NCBI GenBank assembly: GCA_963779615.1
Contig: CAVZZA010000005.1
Coordinates: 800,001 to 864,000, forward strand
DNA from: an uncultured Nitrososphaeraceae archaeon
Lineage (GTDB): Archaea; Thermoproteota; Nitrososphaeria; Nitrososphaerales; Nitrososphaeraceae
Length of the DNA: 64,000 nucleotides
Direction of reading: 5' to 3'
Below the pieces are notes generated by a model that saw nothing but the letters and a program-made list of their open reading frames with translations, was not told where the DNA came from and did no database searches. Made by a program: the position numbers and the translations under genes. Positions 1 to 10,499 of the stretch are shown piece by piece. How positions within the stretch are numbered: the stretch's first letter is position 1; each line of letters starts with the position of its first letter.

Positions 1-21
1 AAAGATTATTCCCGGTAGATT

Positions 22-51
22 TTTTCGGTTTCATTTAAATGAAACCGAAAA
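22..51. repeat. Perfect 30-bp palindrome
   Basis: TTTTCGGTTTCATTT|AAATGAAACCGAAAA: 15-bp arms with no spacer, read directly. Confidence 0.9.
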
Positions 52-131
52 TAAAAAGTCTTTACATAAAATGTGCTTTGGTATTTGACTTACATACACA
101 TTTGGTTAAAGCAATAGTGTCTCACAATATT

Positions 132-712
132 GGGATATTGAGATAAACATGCAGCATTGTTGCAATGAGCGGTTGCATTTATCCTGTTGACAAAATTGCT
201 TCTTTTCTTACACGCTTATTAAATAATTTTTTTTATAATTTAACATGGCTAAAAAAACACCACCACATAGAAAGAAAGTTGCAGAACACACTATATATGA
301 AACTGCCATCAAAGTCGGCTCTGGGCGCATTTGGCTTTGGATTGCCATCAAGCCAAGTGATAAGGGAATTCGCGGGTTTAACATATCAAAGGAGCGAAAT
401 ATGATCGTTGCAGAGAAGTCTGTTTCTGGTCTGGTCAAAATTATGACAAACATCCGGTTTCCACAGATGGTGGTGGCACATGGGATCCCCAAGCCAGCAG
501 GTTCTTGAAAACAGAACACCATATCCATTCCGCCTATGAGAAAAGCATCATTGAGAGAACAATGCGATTCATCAAGGATAGATCTGATAATTTGATGGTT
601 ACTTTCCATGCAAAAGAAAGAAGTGCAAACTAAAGCAATGTAATGGATTGGTTGAGCCTGTTTGCAGACTATCACAATAAAGAGTTGAGAATTGTCAAGT
701 GAACATATCCAT
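132..712 (+). mobile_element. Degraded IS6-like (DDE) transposase relic of the Nitrososphaeraceae type
   Basis: Fragments in shifting frames: RKKVAEHTIYETAIKVGSGRIWLWIAIKP..GFNISKERNMIVAEK and KSIIERTMRFIKDR. Same family as the relic at 54310-54995. Ends are approximate. Confidence 0.7.
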
Positions 713-778
713 AACGGGCAATATACACATACATAAAAATGTAGTAGTAGTAGTATTTGAGTTAGTTTAAATACTTAG

Positions 779-1213
779 ATGTCATTCATGGCAGACTCCA
801 TAAAACTAAAATCGCTGAAAGAGCCAAAAGAAGAATCAGACGGACTGAGGGTACTGATAGCTCGATATAGACCACGATATCTTCCAAAGCATAAAGAGAA
901 CTGGGACGAATGGTGGAAAGACTTGGCTCCAAGCAGAGAACTCTGGAAAGAATACATTAAAGATAAAAGAATAGAGTGGCCTGAATACGCAAGGCGATTT
1001 GTACTTGAAATCAGAAACAATCCCAAAGCAGTAAAAGCATTGCAGACATTAGCAACCCCGGTCAATACAGATATTGATGAGTTGGAGAAGGAGAAGGAGA
1101 ATTGTCACTTTGCCACAAAGTACAGGGTCGTTACTCTTCTGTGTCATTGTAGGGACGAAAGACATTGCCACAGATCAATACTCAAGGAAATGATACTGGA
1201 ATTCACGAAATAA
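779..1213 (+). CDS. DUF488 / YeaO-like family protein
   Basis: SDGLRVLIARYRPR, WWKDLAPSREL, W..Y..RF..E and VTLLCHCRDERHCHRSIL motifs. Confidence 0.8.
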   Translation: MSFMADSIKLKSLKEPKEESDGLRVLIARYRPRYLPKHKENWDEWWKDLAPSRELWKEYIKDKRIEWPEYARRFVLEIRNNPKAVKALQTLATPVNTDIDELEKEKENCHFATKYRVVTLLCHCRDERHCHRSILKEMILEFTK

Positions 1214-1477
1214 CACAATAGTTATTTTTTTTTTGTTTTTTTATGTTGACTGTTATCCGGATAAAACAACTCATTTGCACTAAAAACAATCACAATCAAG
1301 AAATCCTGTAAATCATAAAGCATACCTGTCATCATTGGTCAATGTTAATACAGGCATCAAGAATAACTAAAATCTTTAACATCCTCCATTGTATCAAATC
1401 GATCTTTTACTATATTCGGTAAACCCTGGTTACTGCTAAACTAAAGCAATTAAAAAAATTTGGATATTCTAATTTAT

Positions 1478-1843
1478 CTATTTTCCCATTATTATGCTCG
1501 GTGACGTATCTACTACGGTAGGAGATATTACGCCTTCTATTTTATATCCACCCTTTTTTATCTCATCAACTGCCTTTGAAAGCGCAATTATGTTTTTGGA
1601 GTATATGGTTAGAGTGGTAGGGCTTTCATATGCGATATGAACGGCATCATTACAACCACTAAGACCACATAATTGATAATCCTTATTTCCTTCAAAGTAA
1701 GTTGACCATTTGTTTTGTCCTGTGGAAGTATTGTTTTCAATCGGTAGTTGGGCAAATGAATCCCTGTAATTGTCTGTATCCGAAGACAATACTGCTATAA
1801 TAACGCCTAGTAGTGTTATTGATAAACCTGTTAATTTGTCCAT
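1478..1843 (-). CDS. Small secreted hypothetical protein
   Basis: 121-aa ORF with an N-terminal hydrophobic segment followed by SFAQ; no recognisable domain. Confidence 0.55.
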   Translation of the reverse strand: MDKLTGLSITLLGVIIAVLSSDTDNYRDSFAQLPIENNTSTGQNKWSTYFEGNKDYQLCGLSGCNDAVHIAYESPTTLTIYSKNIIALSKAVDEIKKGGYKIEGVISPTVVDTSPSIIMGK

Positions 1844-2335
1844 CTGTGTTAGATGCTATCATTAGCATATAAACACTGGGCAAAAATTGGGTTCTGCTGA
1901 TTATTCAGTTGTCTAAATCAGCTGTTGATTTCCATGTTCCTTGATAGAAAGGAACCTAATTGATGATATTTTGTATATGTTTAAAGATTGGATGGTAGGC
2001 ATTTTAATATCCCCATCATCATATTTTTCTAAAATCCATATTGTGCGGTTTGAAAATTTAAATCCAAATAAGAAATTGCGAATAAACCAAGAAACCATAA
2101 CCAATTAACCTGCAACATACTTGCCCTTCTTCAACTGCCATTATCTTGTTTCTGCAATATTTCGGCACTGCCGTTTTAATCCCTCATTCTCCCTGTAGAC
2201 AAATTAAAGCATTAAACCGATTAAACAAGCCAAAAAGTACGATTAAAATGATTCAAACCATTCATGCATTTTTATAACAACATGACTTGCAAGTTTTTTA
2301 TTAGGTATATTAATCATCATCAACCATAAGTTTTA

Positions 2336-2713
2336 TTGATAAAGATTAAGGAAGAAGGAAAGGAAAATGAGAAAGGAAAAATAGAAGGAAAGGGAAAGGT
2401 TCATGTCACTTTAGAAGACAACGAAGAAAAGACTTTTGAAGGATATCCTATCACAATAAAATCAAAAAATATAAAACATTTTACGTATGAAATACAAAAG
2501 TCAACCAGGACAAAAACTCACCCCACAGAAAAGGGTGGTGGAATCATGGATAAAGTCATGGGGAAAACCAAGGATGTTAAAGACAAAGTTGTGGACACAA
2601 CCAAAGACGTTGCGGAAAATACAAAAAACACAGCAGCAAGTCAACAGTCATCTGAATCTTCACAATCATCTGGTCAACAAGTAACACAAGAGAAACTCGG
2701 TACAGGCCCCTAA
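2336..2713 (+). CDS. Hydrophilic LEA/hydrophilin-like protein (start uncertain, possibly 2546; may be disrupted)
   Basis: GGGIMDKVMG-KTKDVKDKVVD-TTKDVAENTKN has 11-mer periodicity, followed by an S/Q-rich tail. Confidence 0.45.
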   Translation: MIKIKEEGKENEKGKIEGKGKVHVTLEDNEEKTFEGYPITIKSKNIKHFTYEIQKSTRTKTHPTEKGGGIMDKVMGKTKDVKDKVVDTTKDVAENTKNTAASQQSSESSQSSGQQVTQEKLGTGP

Positions 2714-3250
2714 TGGGAAGAATGGGCAATCCACAGATATCATGAAAATAAATCAAGGTTTTTCTCAAAGAAGAACAGAAAACCACATCAACATGGCAAC
2801 AAGCAGAAAGCAGTGTTTCAGTAATTAAAAATCATGGTCAAACAACAACAAACAAACTGCATAAATGGAGGCAATACCATTACAAAATGACTATTGTTGT
2901 TTATGGCCACATTACCTTTTTTTTACTGACCCTGTCAGTAACCAATTTTATGTTGTTTATTCCCTTTTTCTGTGTTCAGTTCCAATTGATTTAGGCAATG
3001 TGGCGGCCCGAACCTAATTGGATTTGGGTCACCACAACATAGTTTGGAAAATATCAATTGTAATGTGAGTCAACCCCAGAAACATCAATGAGTAGTTGCC
3101 GCTGCAGTATCAGGAGATGATGCCATAATTCACACGATAAAGCCAAACCTGCGCATGCCCACATGAAGAGAAGAGAGGAGATGATAAAAACCTGTCAAGT
3201 TCTCATGGCAAGGGGAATAATCAACCCATGGAATATGTTGGATTGGATGA

Positions 3251-4306
3251 TTATATTGAATTTATATCTATTACGAACCTGTACCGAACATCGCTCTTCA
3301 CAACGCGTTCATAGGCTTCATTGACCTTCTGAATAGGTATAAGTTCGATGTCGCATAGTATGTTGTGTTCACTGCAAAAATCAAGCATCTGCTGTGTCTC
3401 CCGAATTCCACCAATAGCTGAGCCAGCAAGGCTTCGACGAGCACTGATTAGTGGGGCAGCACCAATCGGCGTGTCCTTCTCAGGGATTCCAACCACAACC
3501 ATTGCGCCATCAAGGGCAAGAAGGTTAAGGTACCGATTCAAGTCAAGTTCGACTGAAACTGTGTTTACAACTAGGTCAAAATATCCTTTGAGCTTGTCGA
3601 AGGTCATTGGATCGGATGTTGCACAGAAATTATCTGCACCCATCTTTTTCCCATCTTCTTGTTTTTTGAGCGAGTGGCTGAGAACCGTGACTTCTGCACC
3701 CAACGCGTGGGCTATTTTTACCCCCATGTGTCCAAGGCCACCAAGCCCTATGATGCCAACCTTTTTTCCAGGACCGGCCTTCCAATGCATAAGTGGTGAA
3801 TACAACGTGATACCCGCACAGAGGAGTGGTGCTGCTCGATCCATGGGAAGGTTGTCTGGAATTCGAAGGACATAGTTTTCATCAACTACGATTTTATTTG
3901 AATAGCCTCCATATGTGTGGGTTTTTCCGTCCATCTCAACATCATTGTATGTAAGAGTCGCCCCCTCCAAACAATACTGCTCAAGTCCATCATTGCATGG
4001 GCTACACCTTCGACAAGAGTTTACAAAACAACCTACTCCAACTCTATCGCCCACTTTGTATCGCGTCGCTTTTGTACCGATTTGTGAGACAATACCCACG
4101 ATCTCGTGCCCTGGAACCATTGGAAAGATTGACCCGCCCCACTCATCACCGACTTGGTGAATATCCGAATGGCAAATCCCGCAGTACTGAATGTCTACCA
4201 CTACATCATGATCGCCAGGTGAGCGTCTCTCAAAAAGATAAGGAGTGAGTGGGGATTTGGATTTTATGGCAGCATATCCACGAACTTGGGTCATTGTATT
4301 TCCCAT
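3251..4306 (-). CDS. Zn-dependent NAD(P) alcohol dehydrogenase, cinnamyl-ADH (YahK/AdhC-like) family
   Basis: CGICHSD, GHEIVG, structural Zn CxxCxxCx7C, LLCAGIT, GLGGLG, C-terminal DVRYRFVID. Confidence 0.95.
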   Translation of the reverse strand: MGNTMTQVRGYAAIKSKSPLTPYLFERRSPGDHDVVVDIQYCGICHSDIHQVGDEWGGSIFPMVPGHEIVGIVSQIGTKATRYKVGDRVGVGCFVNSCRRCSPCNDGLEQYCLEGATLTYNDVEMDGKTHTYGGYSNKIVVDENYVLRIPDNLPMDRAAPLLCAGITLYSPLMHWKAGPGKKVGIIGLGGLGHMGVKIAHALGAEVTVLSHSLKKQEDGKKMGADNFCATSDPMTFDKLKGYFDLVVNTVSVELDLNRYLNLLALDGAMVVVGIPEKDTPIGAAPLISARRSLAGSAIGGIRETQQMLDFCSEHNILCDIELIPIQKVNEAYERVVKSDVRYRFVIDINSI

Positions 4307-4404
4307 CTACCCAACTTGTCCCAAGGCAGTTAAGAATGTAACAGGATCCGTCAGGCTTGCGCCCATAGAAAAATATTTGTTCTTTATCCCACCTCATAAA
4401 AGTA

Positions 4405-5469
4405 TTGGTTTTACCGGAAGTTGAACGCCTCTCAATTACATTGTTAATGGATAACTATACGGATAGGTTACTACCTTTGTCAGATAAGCACACCATTCGC
4501 CCACCAATGATAAGGAAAGAAAGATTTCTTCCCCCTCCTATTGCAGAGCATGGTTTTTCGGCCCTAATCGAGGTCAGTTGTAATAACGAAAACGGAAGGA
4601 GAAACAAAGGCAGGGTTTCCAGAGGGAGCAGCACATTTCTTTTTGATTGCGGCATAAGCGAAAACGGTGTAATTTATAACGCAGATACATTAGGATTGGA
4701 TTTGAGCAACATAAGCGCAATAATACTTAGTCATGGACACCTAGATCATTTCGCCGCGCTTCCAAACGTCCTCAAAAAAATAGGCGCATCCACAAGACTA
4801 GTTTGCCATCCGGATGCATTCTTGAAAAGATGGATTGTATTTCCTAATGGCAAGGGCAAAGCAAAAATGCCTTTTCTAGATAAAGAGAAGTTACAAAGGC
4901 AGGGAGCCAAGGTAATTATGAAACAAGGGCCAAGCGTAATCTCTGAGGACAGCATTGAGGATTTTTCTTCTTCACCATCTACACACAGCAGCAACAATAA
5001 CTCATCATTTCTTTCACCAAAACTAATAATCACAGGCCAGATACCACGGAATACCCTATTTGAAAAAGGATTTCCAATTCAGCATAAAGAAGATCCGGAT
5101 GAGAACAATCTTGCGCCAGATACATTGGTAAATGACGACCAGGCCATTGTGGTAAACATCAAAAAAAAAGGATTGGTAATTATAAGCGGGTGTGCGCACG
5201 CCGGAATCATCAACACAATTAACTATGCCAAATTACTCACAGGAATCGATAAAATATTTGCAGTCTTAGGGGGCTTTCATCTGACAGGCGGAGGAATTTA
5301 TGAGGAGGCCATCGAGCCTACAATAAGGGAATTGAAAAATGCGAATCCCAGATACATTGTGCCATGTCATTGTACTGGATGGAAAGCCACAAACAGAATA
5401 ATCCAAGAAATGCCTGAAAGGTTCCTGCAATCAAGCGTATGCACAACATTCACATTTGAATCACCATAG
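4405..5469 (+). CDS. MBL-fold metallo-hydrolase (COG1237-like)
   Basis: AEHGFS, LFDCG, LSHGHLDH, DDQA, SGCAHAG, GGFHL, PCHCTG motifs. Confidence 0.9.
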   Translation: MVLPEVERLSITLLMDNYTDRLLPLSDKHTIRPPMIRKERFLPPPIAEHGFSALIEVSCNNENGRRNKGRVSRGSSTFLFDCGISENGVIYNADTLGLDLSNISAIILSHGHLDHFAALPNVLKKIGASTRLVCHPDAFLKRWIVFPNGKGKAKMPFLDKEKLQRQGAKVIMKQGPSVISEDSIEDFSSSPSTHSSNNNSSFLSPKLIITGQIPRNTLFEKGFPIQHKEDPDENNLAPDTLVNDDQAIVVNIKKKGLVIISGCAHAGIINTINYAKLLTGIDKIFAVLGGFHLTGGGIYEEAIEPTIRELKNANPRYIVPCHCTGWKATNRIIQEMPERFLQSSVCTTFTFESP

Positions 5470-5876
5470 TAACAACAATAGCAGCAGTAGTAGTAGTGAC
5501 AGCAGATGCGCTGACTTGATTAGTTTGCAAATTCAAACGGCAAAACCCCTTTACAACGAGCACATCAATCTTGATGGTTGCTTTCAACTGATTAACCGTT
5601 ATGCTGCTGCTTTTCGCCTATTAGAATGATTTCAGTCGCATATTGATTTTATTGCTTTTGACATCGGGTAATCCCATTACAACATCCAGCAGCCAGTTGT
5701 ATGGCCATTGATTTTGGCCTTTTTTTGACCGATTTGACCAACAAAATGACCAAATTGACCGCTTCTAGATATTTATCTTTTATATGTAAACAAAACCAGT
5801 TCAAGGCCAATCGGTTTTAGGTGTGCATGCACGCCAGAATTGGCTGCGTCTGCATAATATTATGCTTGCCAAAAGG

Positions 5877-7913
5877 TCACTTACCATCATATTCCTCTGC
5901 TTCTTCAAAAAGATGCTTCCCGTGATAGAGTTGATTGCCCATCTGGAAAGTCCTTGCCTGCGACCGCATTGTAGGCGAATGTGCAGCCAGGTATCTAGCA
6001 GCGGCTACCAAAATATTGACACATTCAGAATCCACATCATCGTTATCTTTGATGGAAGGAAGAAGACGAGACAATTGTATAAATGCTGCATCAACCATCT
6101 GAATAGAATGAAAGTTCCGATCTTCGCGCAGTAAAAGACTCCCAAGTAAAGCCAAAAGCAGGTCTAAGCTGCCCCCATTATAAAGATAGTCAGAAACTAG
6201 TTGTCCTGCTTGATTTGTCTGCTGCTGTTTATCCAAAACCTCTGGCAATGTATTTAGCAATGTTCTAACAGCCTGTTCCGGGGAATTGACATTATTATCA
6301 GTATTATCATCACTGCTCTTTCCCTTTCCAATGGCAACAGTTAATTTTGGTTTTGGAATCTTTGCTGGAGGCACATTAAGAAAGCGATTAAGATATATTC
6401 TCATTGCAGCATCAAAAACCCCCCTCAATAGATCTGGTGTTGCGTTCCTTCTCAATCCTTGGTTGACTGCATTGGCGAAGGTAAACGTATGCAACACTGC
6501 ATCCCAATCACCAAATTCATTGCGCGTGTGAAATTGTGCAATGCGCAAGGCAGCTGCATAAGCTACAGCACCAGATAACTCCACTTCACTCGCTCCTTGG
6601 CTCAAAGCACCTAATAATTCATCGACAATTGATTGTGGTTGATTATCGCCATCCCAGCCACTGCCACCACCACCACTGATGTCACCACCACCACCAAGTA
6701 TCTCGGCCACCAGGTTGTCTCTGCTGACGTCATCCCATTTTTTTCGTCTGGTTCTACCAGCAGCATTCTCTAGCGTAATTTGGAGCTTCTTGAATGCCTT
6801 TTCAACAATAGCAACCAAATCGATTGGATGACGCCATGAATTAGATTCCTCCATCCTTTCGGCAGTGGCATATCCCACAACAAGGCTACTCAAAACAGAT
6901 TCCACAACATCATCATTATCCCATCCAACTATATCCAGTGCCTCTAGTGCCTTGTTTGTGAAATCAAGTGTGTGGCCCACATCTAGGAAACGGTGGTCTG
7001 TTGCTGCTGCAAAAAGTATATCGGATAGTTTCTGGCTCCTGGATTCATTATCAGCACCAGCGGCAGCGACAAGCCTTACTGCCGTGACAATGCACCTTTC
7101 CGCACCCTGTGCGTCACGAGATTCAATAAATTGTCTGAACCAGCCCTTGAGTGTTGACAGCTCTGGCCAAGGTTGGGGAAGAGGCGTGATCTCAAAACGA
7201 GGCGGAACCGAGGCACAGTCTTGGGCCACAGCAGAGAGACCGTGGTATAGGGCATGTGCCTTGCATTCTGCAGACTCTAGATACGGAATGATGTTCATCA
7301 TACAGGCATGTATTGTCAATCCCTGGCCCCACCCTGATTGTTTGAAGCGAGCTCCAAATTCAAGGCCTGCCTGAAATGCCTTAATCAAGCCATCACTGTA
7401 CGAGCGATGGGGCTGTCCCTCTTTCTTATTTTCTTTACTGGATGGTGAATCACCACTAACCATTGCAATAACAGCCTTGGCAATCATTAATGAAATATTT
7501 TGCCTCAATCCATTTTGCAATAGCATCGGATAATACAACTTTGGGTCAATGGAGGAATGCGAAATGTCCAACCACACCTCTTTATCCTCATTGCGGATTT
7601 GTACCGGAAACGAGGAAACATCCCCAGCCCATTGGTCAAATGTACCCCCGTTCATCAAGTCAAATCGCGCATGGTGCCAGTGACAGGTAAGCACACCGTT
7701 TTTTACGGTACCGCGACTTAAAGGAAACCCCATATGAGGGCATCTGTTATCTATAGCGTACACTTTGGAATTATAAAGGAAAAGCGCAATTGTATGATTT
7801 TCCATCTGGACTGCCAGACAGGCGCCATCGGCTTCCTCAATGTCTTTTATGTGGGCAATAAAAACATAATGTGGTGGTCGATCTGTGGTTTCTGATGCGG
7901 TCATTGGATGCAT
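5877..7913 (-). CDS. Rieske [2Fe-2S] domain (NirD/ferredoxin-like) fused to a large His-motif helical domain
   Basis: N-terminal CPHMGFPL...CHWH Rieske ligands; about 550-aa C-terminal part with GHTLDFTNKA, LHTFTFANA and FHSIQMVDA motifs. Confidence 0.85.
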   Translation of the reverse strand: MHPMTASETTDRPPHYVFIAHIKDIEEADGACLAVQMENHTIALFLYNSKVYAIDNRCPHMGFPLSRGTVKNGVLTCHWHHARFDLMNGGTFDQWAGDVSSFPVQIRNEDKEVWLDISHSSIDPKLYYPMLLQNGLRQNISLMIAKAVIAMVSGDSPSSKENKKEGQPHRSYSDGLIKAFQAGLEFGARFKQSGWGQGLTIHACMMNIIPYLESAECKAHALYHGLSAVAQDCASVPPRFEITPLPQPWPELSTLKGWFRQFIESRDAQGAERCIVTAVRLVAAAGADNESRSQKLSDILFAAATDHRFLDVGHTLDFTNKALEALDIVGWDNDDVVESVLSSLVVGYATAERMEESNSWRHPIDLVAIVEKAFKKLQITLENAAGRTRRKKWDDVSRDNLVAEILGGGGDISGGGGSGWDGDNQPQSIVDELLGALSQGASEVELSGAVAYAAALRIAQFHTRNEFGDWDAVLHTFTFANAVNQGLRRNATPDLLRGVFDAAMRIYLNRFLNVPPAKIPKPKLTVAIGKGKSSDDNTDNNVNSPEQAVRTLLNTLPEVLDKQQQTNQAGQLVSDYLYNGGSLDLLLALLGSLLLREDRNFHSIQMVDAAFIQLSRLLPSIKDNDDVDSECVNILVAAARYLAAHSPTMRSQARTFQMGNQLYHGKHLFEEAEEYDGK

Positions 7914-8066
7914 AATTCTCCTATGTATGATGTCTATACCTTTGGATGTTTTTTACCTTTATGCCCATATCTCGCTAGCACCCATATTCTGGACCTTAAA
8001 AATGATAAAAAGTAAAAGTAAAAAAATAGTTTTATTTTATTTTAAAAACCACGTGTATTTTTTTAC

Positions 8067-8612
8067 CTAATCCCATTGTTTTGACATTCCTATGCCATGC
8101 CCTTTCATCATACCGTCAGAACCACCGCCATGCACCATCCACATCATTTCCTTAAATGTCATTTTTTGAGAAGAAAGGACACTTCCGTCACCAGGATCGA
8201 TTATCACCCTATGTACAGCATTATTTGAGTCGACTGTAAATATGTTGTATACAACAAATCCGTTTTCAGGATGGATAAAAGCTGCCATGGTTGTGGAATT
8301 GTTCCCTATGTTATCTTCTGCAGTGGTTATCGCATCATCCAGGCTAACATGTATGCTGGCTTTGAAAGCATTTATCAATGTTTGAGAAATTGGAATGGAC
8401 CCCGTAAAATTAACAGTAGACGACGATGTACCATTTACCGCCTCACCCACTGAACCTGAATTTGCTAGTTGAAAAGAGTTGGGTCCTGTTTGGTTTTGGG
8501 CACCTGCAGTCTGCATTGACAGAGTATTTAATGCTCCAGATCCAATAGTTGTTGCAGCCATCACTGTCATTATCATAATTGAGGTAACTACTACAAAGAT
8601 TTTGGATTTCAT
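8067..8612 (-). CDS. Secreted PepSY-domain protein with a Met/His/Gly-rich C-terminus
   Basis: Signal peptide MKSKIFVVVTSIMIMTVMAAT; VSLDDAITTAE...VVYNI...VIIDPGDGSVL PepSY pattern. Confidence 0.75.
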   Translation of the reverse strand: MKSKIFVVVTSIMIMTVMAATTIGSGALNTLSMQTAGAQNQTGPNSFQLANSGSVGEAVNGTSSSTVNFTGSIPISQTLINAFKASIHVSLDDAITTAEDNIGNNSTTMAAFIHPENGFVVYNIFTVDSNNAVHRVIIDPGDGSVLSSQKMTFKEMMWMVHGGGSDGMMKGHGIGMSKQWD

Positions 8613-9467
8613 CAAAAAACAAACAATTTCATATCTTATAAAGTTAGTTAAGGCTGTAGGAGGAAGGAAGAGGATCAATTAGATTTAATAAGAGATTTAT
8701 CCCCACCCAAAATAAGACACAAACCTTCAGAACCTGCGTCATGAACATGCTTGTCAGAATAAGCATCAACATACAAGCCACCATTCATCCCTCGAGACAA
8801 GCAAGTCAAAACCCATGTTACAACGTTCATATTTCTGCAACTACAAAAAACACCACTATGCAGACATTATCAGCCTGGTATCCATCTGTCGCCACAAACA
8901 ATCCCCAAACTCCATCAAATATTTTCAACAAAGCCAATTTTTAGGTGGCGACTTTATTGTGAAAGTCATGGCAGACACAATCCTTTTGTGATTTGGCCCA
9001 CAACCAATATAGAACAATCAAGATAAAGAGCCGCATTCATCTTCCGACCAACCCATCAAAACTGATGATGATTTTGATGCTGATGCTTGTCTCCAAAGTC
9101 TTGGAAGGGTGCTCTTGCGACCTTTTATGGGTTTGTTCATTTTTTGTTTTTGTACCTTTATTGAATTTAAGAGGATAAAACCATCCCGATGCTGATGCTG
9201 ATGCTGCTGCGGCTTCTTGTAACTGTATCCCCCACACAACCTAAATGTTCAGCATCAATAGAAAATTATGCCGAAGAAAAACATTTTGACTATTTTCTTT
9301 GACTCCGCAACCAGCATCGCATATTTTGGCACAGTCAAATTTAACCCACATCTTTTAGTAGACTCGCCCTCCCCCTCTATGTGCACGCACACCAAATAGC
9401 ATATCAATCAATAACAAAAATAATTGAAAAAAGGCATTGAAAAGGAGTTTCCAGAAACACACATTTT

Positions 9468-10367
9468 TTAAGCAGTGTTGAGAAACTCGCTCATAATCTG
9501 ATTTACCTCTGTCGGTGCTTCTTGCTGCACCCAATGACCACAGTTAGAAATAAATTTTATGGAGAATGGCGCCTCAACGAATTCTTTTGTATTTTCTGTC
9601 AACTCCTTCCCTAAAAACAAATCATCTTCACCCCATATCATCAGTACAGGACTTCTAATCTTTGGGAACGGAATGCTTTCAGCAAGGTTTTCCCAAAACT
9701 CGGCATTCAGATTAGCTCTGTAGTAATTTATCCCTCCGGTTATTCCCCCACCTTCCCTGCGCCAAGAAGAAACATACTCTTGGACATCATTTTGGGTAAA
9801 CCTATCCCTTCTCTTTATCGACAATTCAAACATATGCTTGAGTAACTCAAAATTATTACCACTCAGCACCTTTTCTGGAGCTTTTTGCAGAAGAAAAAAG
9901 AAAATATACCAACTCTTCTGCATTTGGGCCAAATTATTGAAAGCGTTTTTTTGATATGATGCAGGATGTGGTGCATTCATGACTATCAGTTTTTCCACTA
10001 CACCTGGAGCAATCATTGCAATAGACCAACCAATTATACCGCCCCAATCATGGCCCACTATAATTGCCTTTTCCTTGCCCAATGAATGTATTAGTTCCAC
10101 TATATCTGTAACCAGTTTGTCTATTCTGTATTCTCGTATATCTTTGGGTGCATCGGTTTCACCATACCCGCGCAGGTCAGGAGCAACTACTTTAAAACGC
10201 TTTTCAAAAAAAGGAATTTGATGTCTCCAGGAATACCAAAACTCCGGGAATCCATGTAAAAAGACCATTAAGGGGCGATTATTGTCATTTCCCGTTGTAA
10301 CATAATGCATGCTAATCCCATTAACATTTACAAATTTATCTTGTAATACATCATGGTCATTAGACAT
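9468..10367 (-). CDS. Alpha/beta hydrolase, epoxide hydrolase-like
   Basis: LHGFPEFWYSWRHQ, PDLRGYG, GHDWGG (Asp nucleophile), NYYRA, GHWVQQE; start taken at MSNDHD. Confidence 0.92.
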   Translation of the reverse strand: MSNDHDVLQDKFVNVNGISMHYVTTGNDNNRPLMVFLHGFPEFWYSWRHQIPFFEKRFKVVAPDLRGYGETDAPKDIREYRIDKLVTDIVELIHSLGKEKAIIVGHDWGGIIGWSIAMIAPGVVEKLIVMNAPHPASYQKNAFNNLAQMQKSWYIFFFLLQKAPEKVLSGNNFELLKHMFELSIKRRDRFTQNDVQEYVSSWRREGGGITGGINYYRANLNAEFWENLAESIPFPKIRSPVLMIWGEDDLFLGKELTENTKEFVEAPFSIKFISNCGHWVQQEAPTEVNQIMSEFLNTA

Positions 10368-10499
10368 AACCACATATTTTTGTATGGCAGAATATTTAAA
10401 AATTGATATTTTTCTAGGACAAGAGAACCAGTTATGACAAAGACATAAAAAAACGAGCAAAAGAATAGGAGGAGGTATTTTTCACCTATGCATCAGCTG

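Noticed and set aside
8700-9290. Short ORFs or a possible decayed response regulator
   Set aside because: Only faint similarity across several frames; not supportable without a search.
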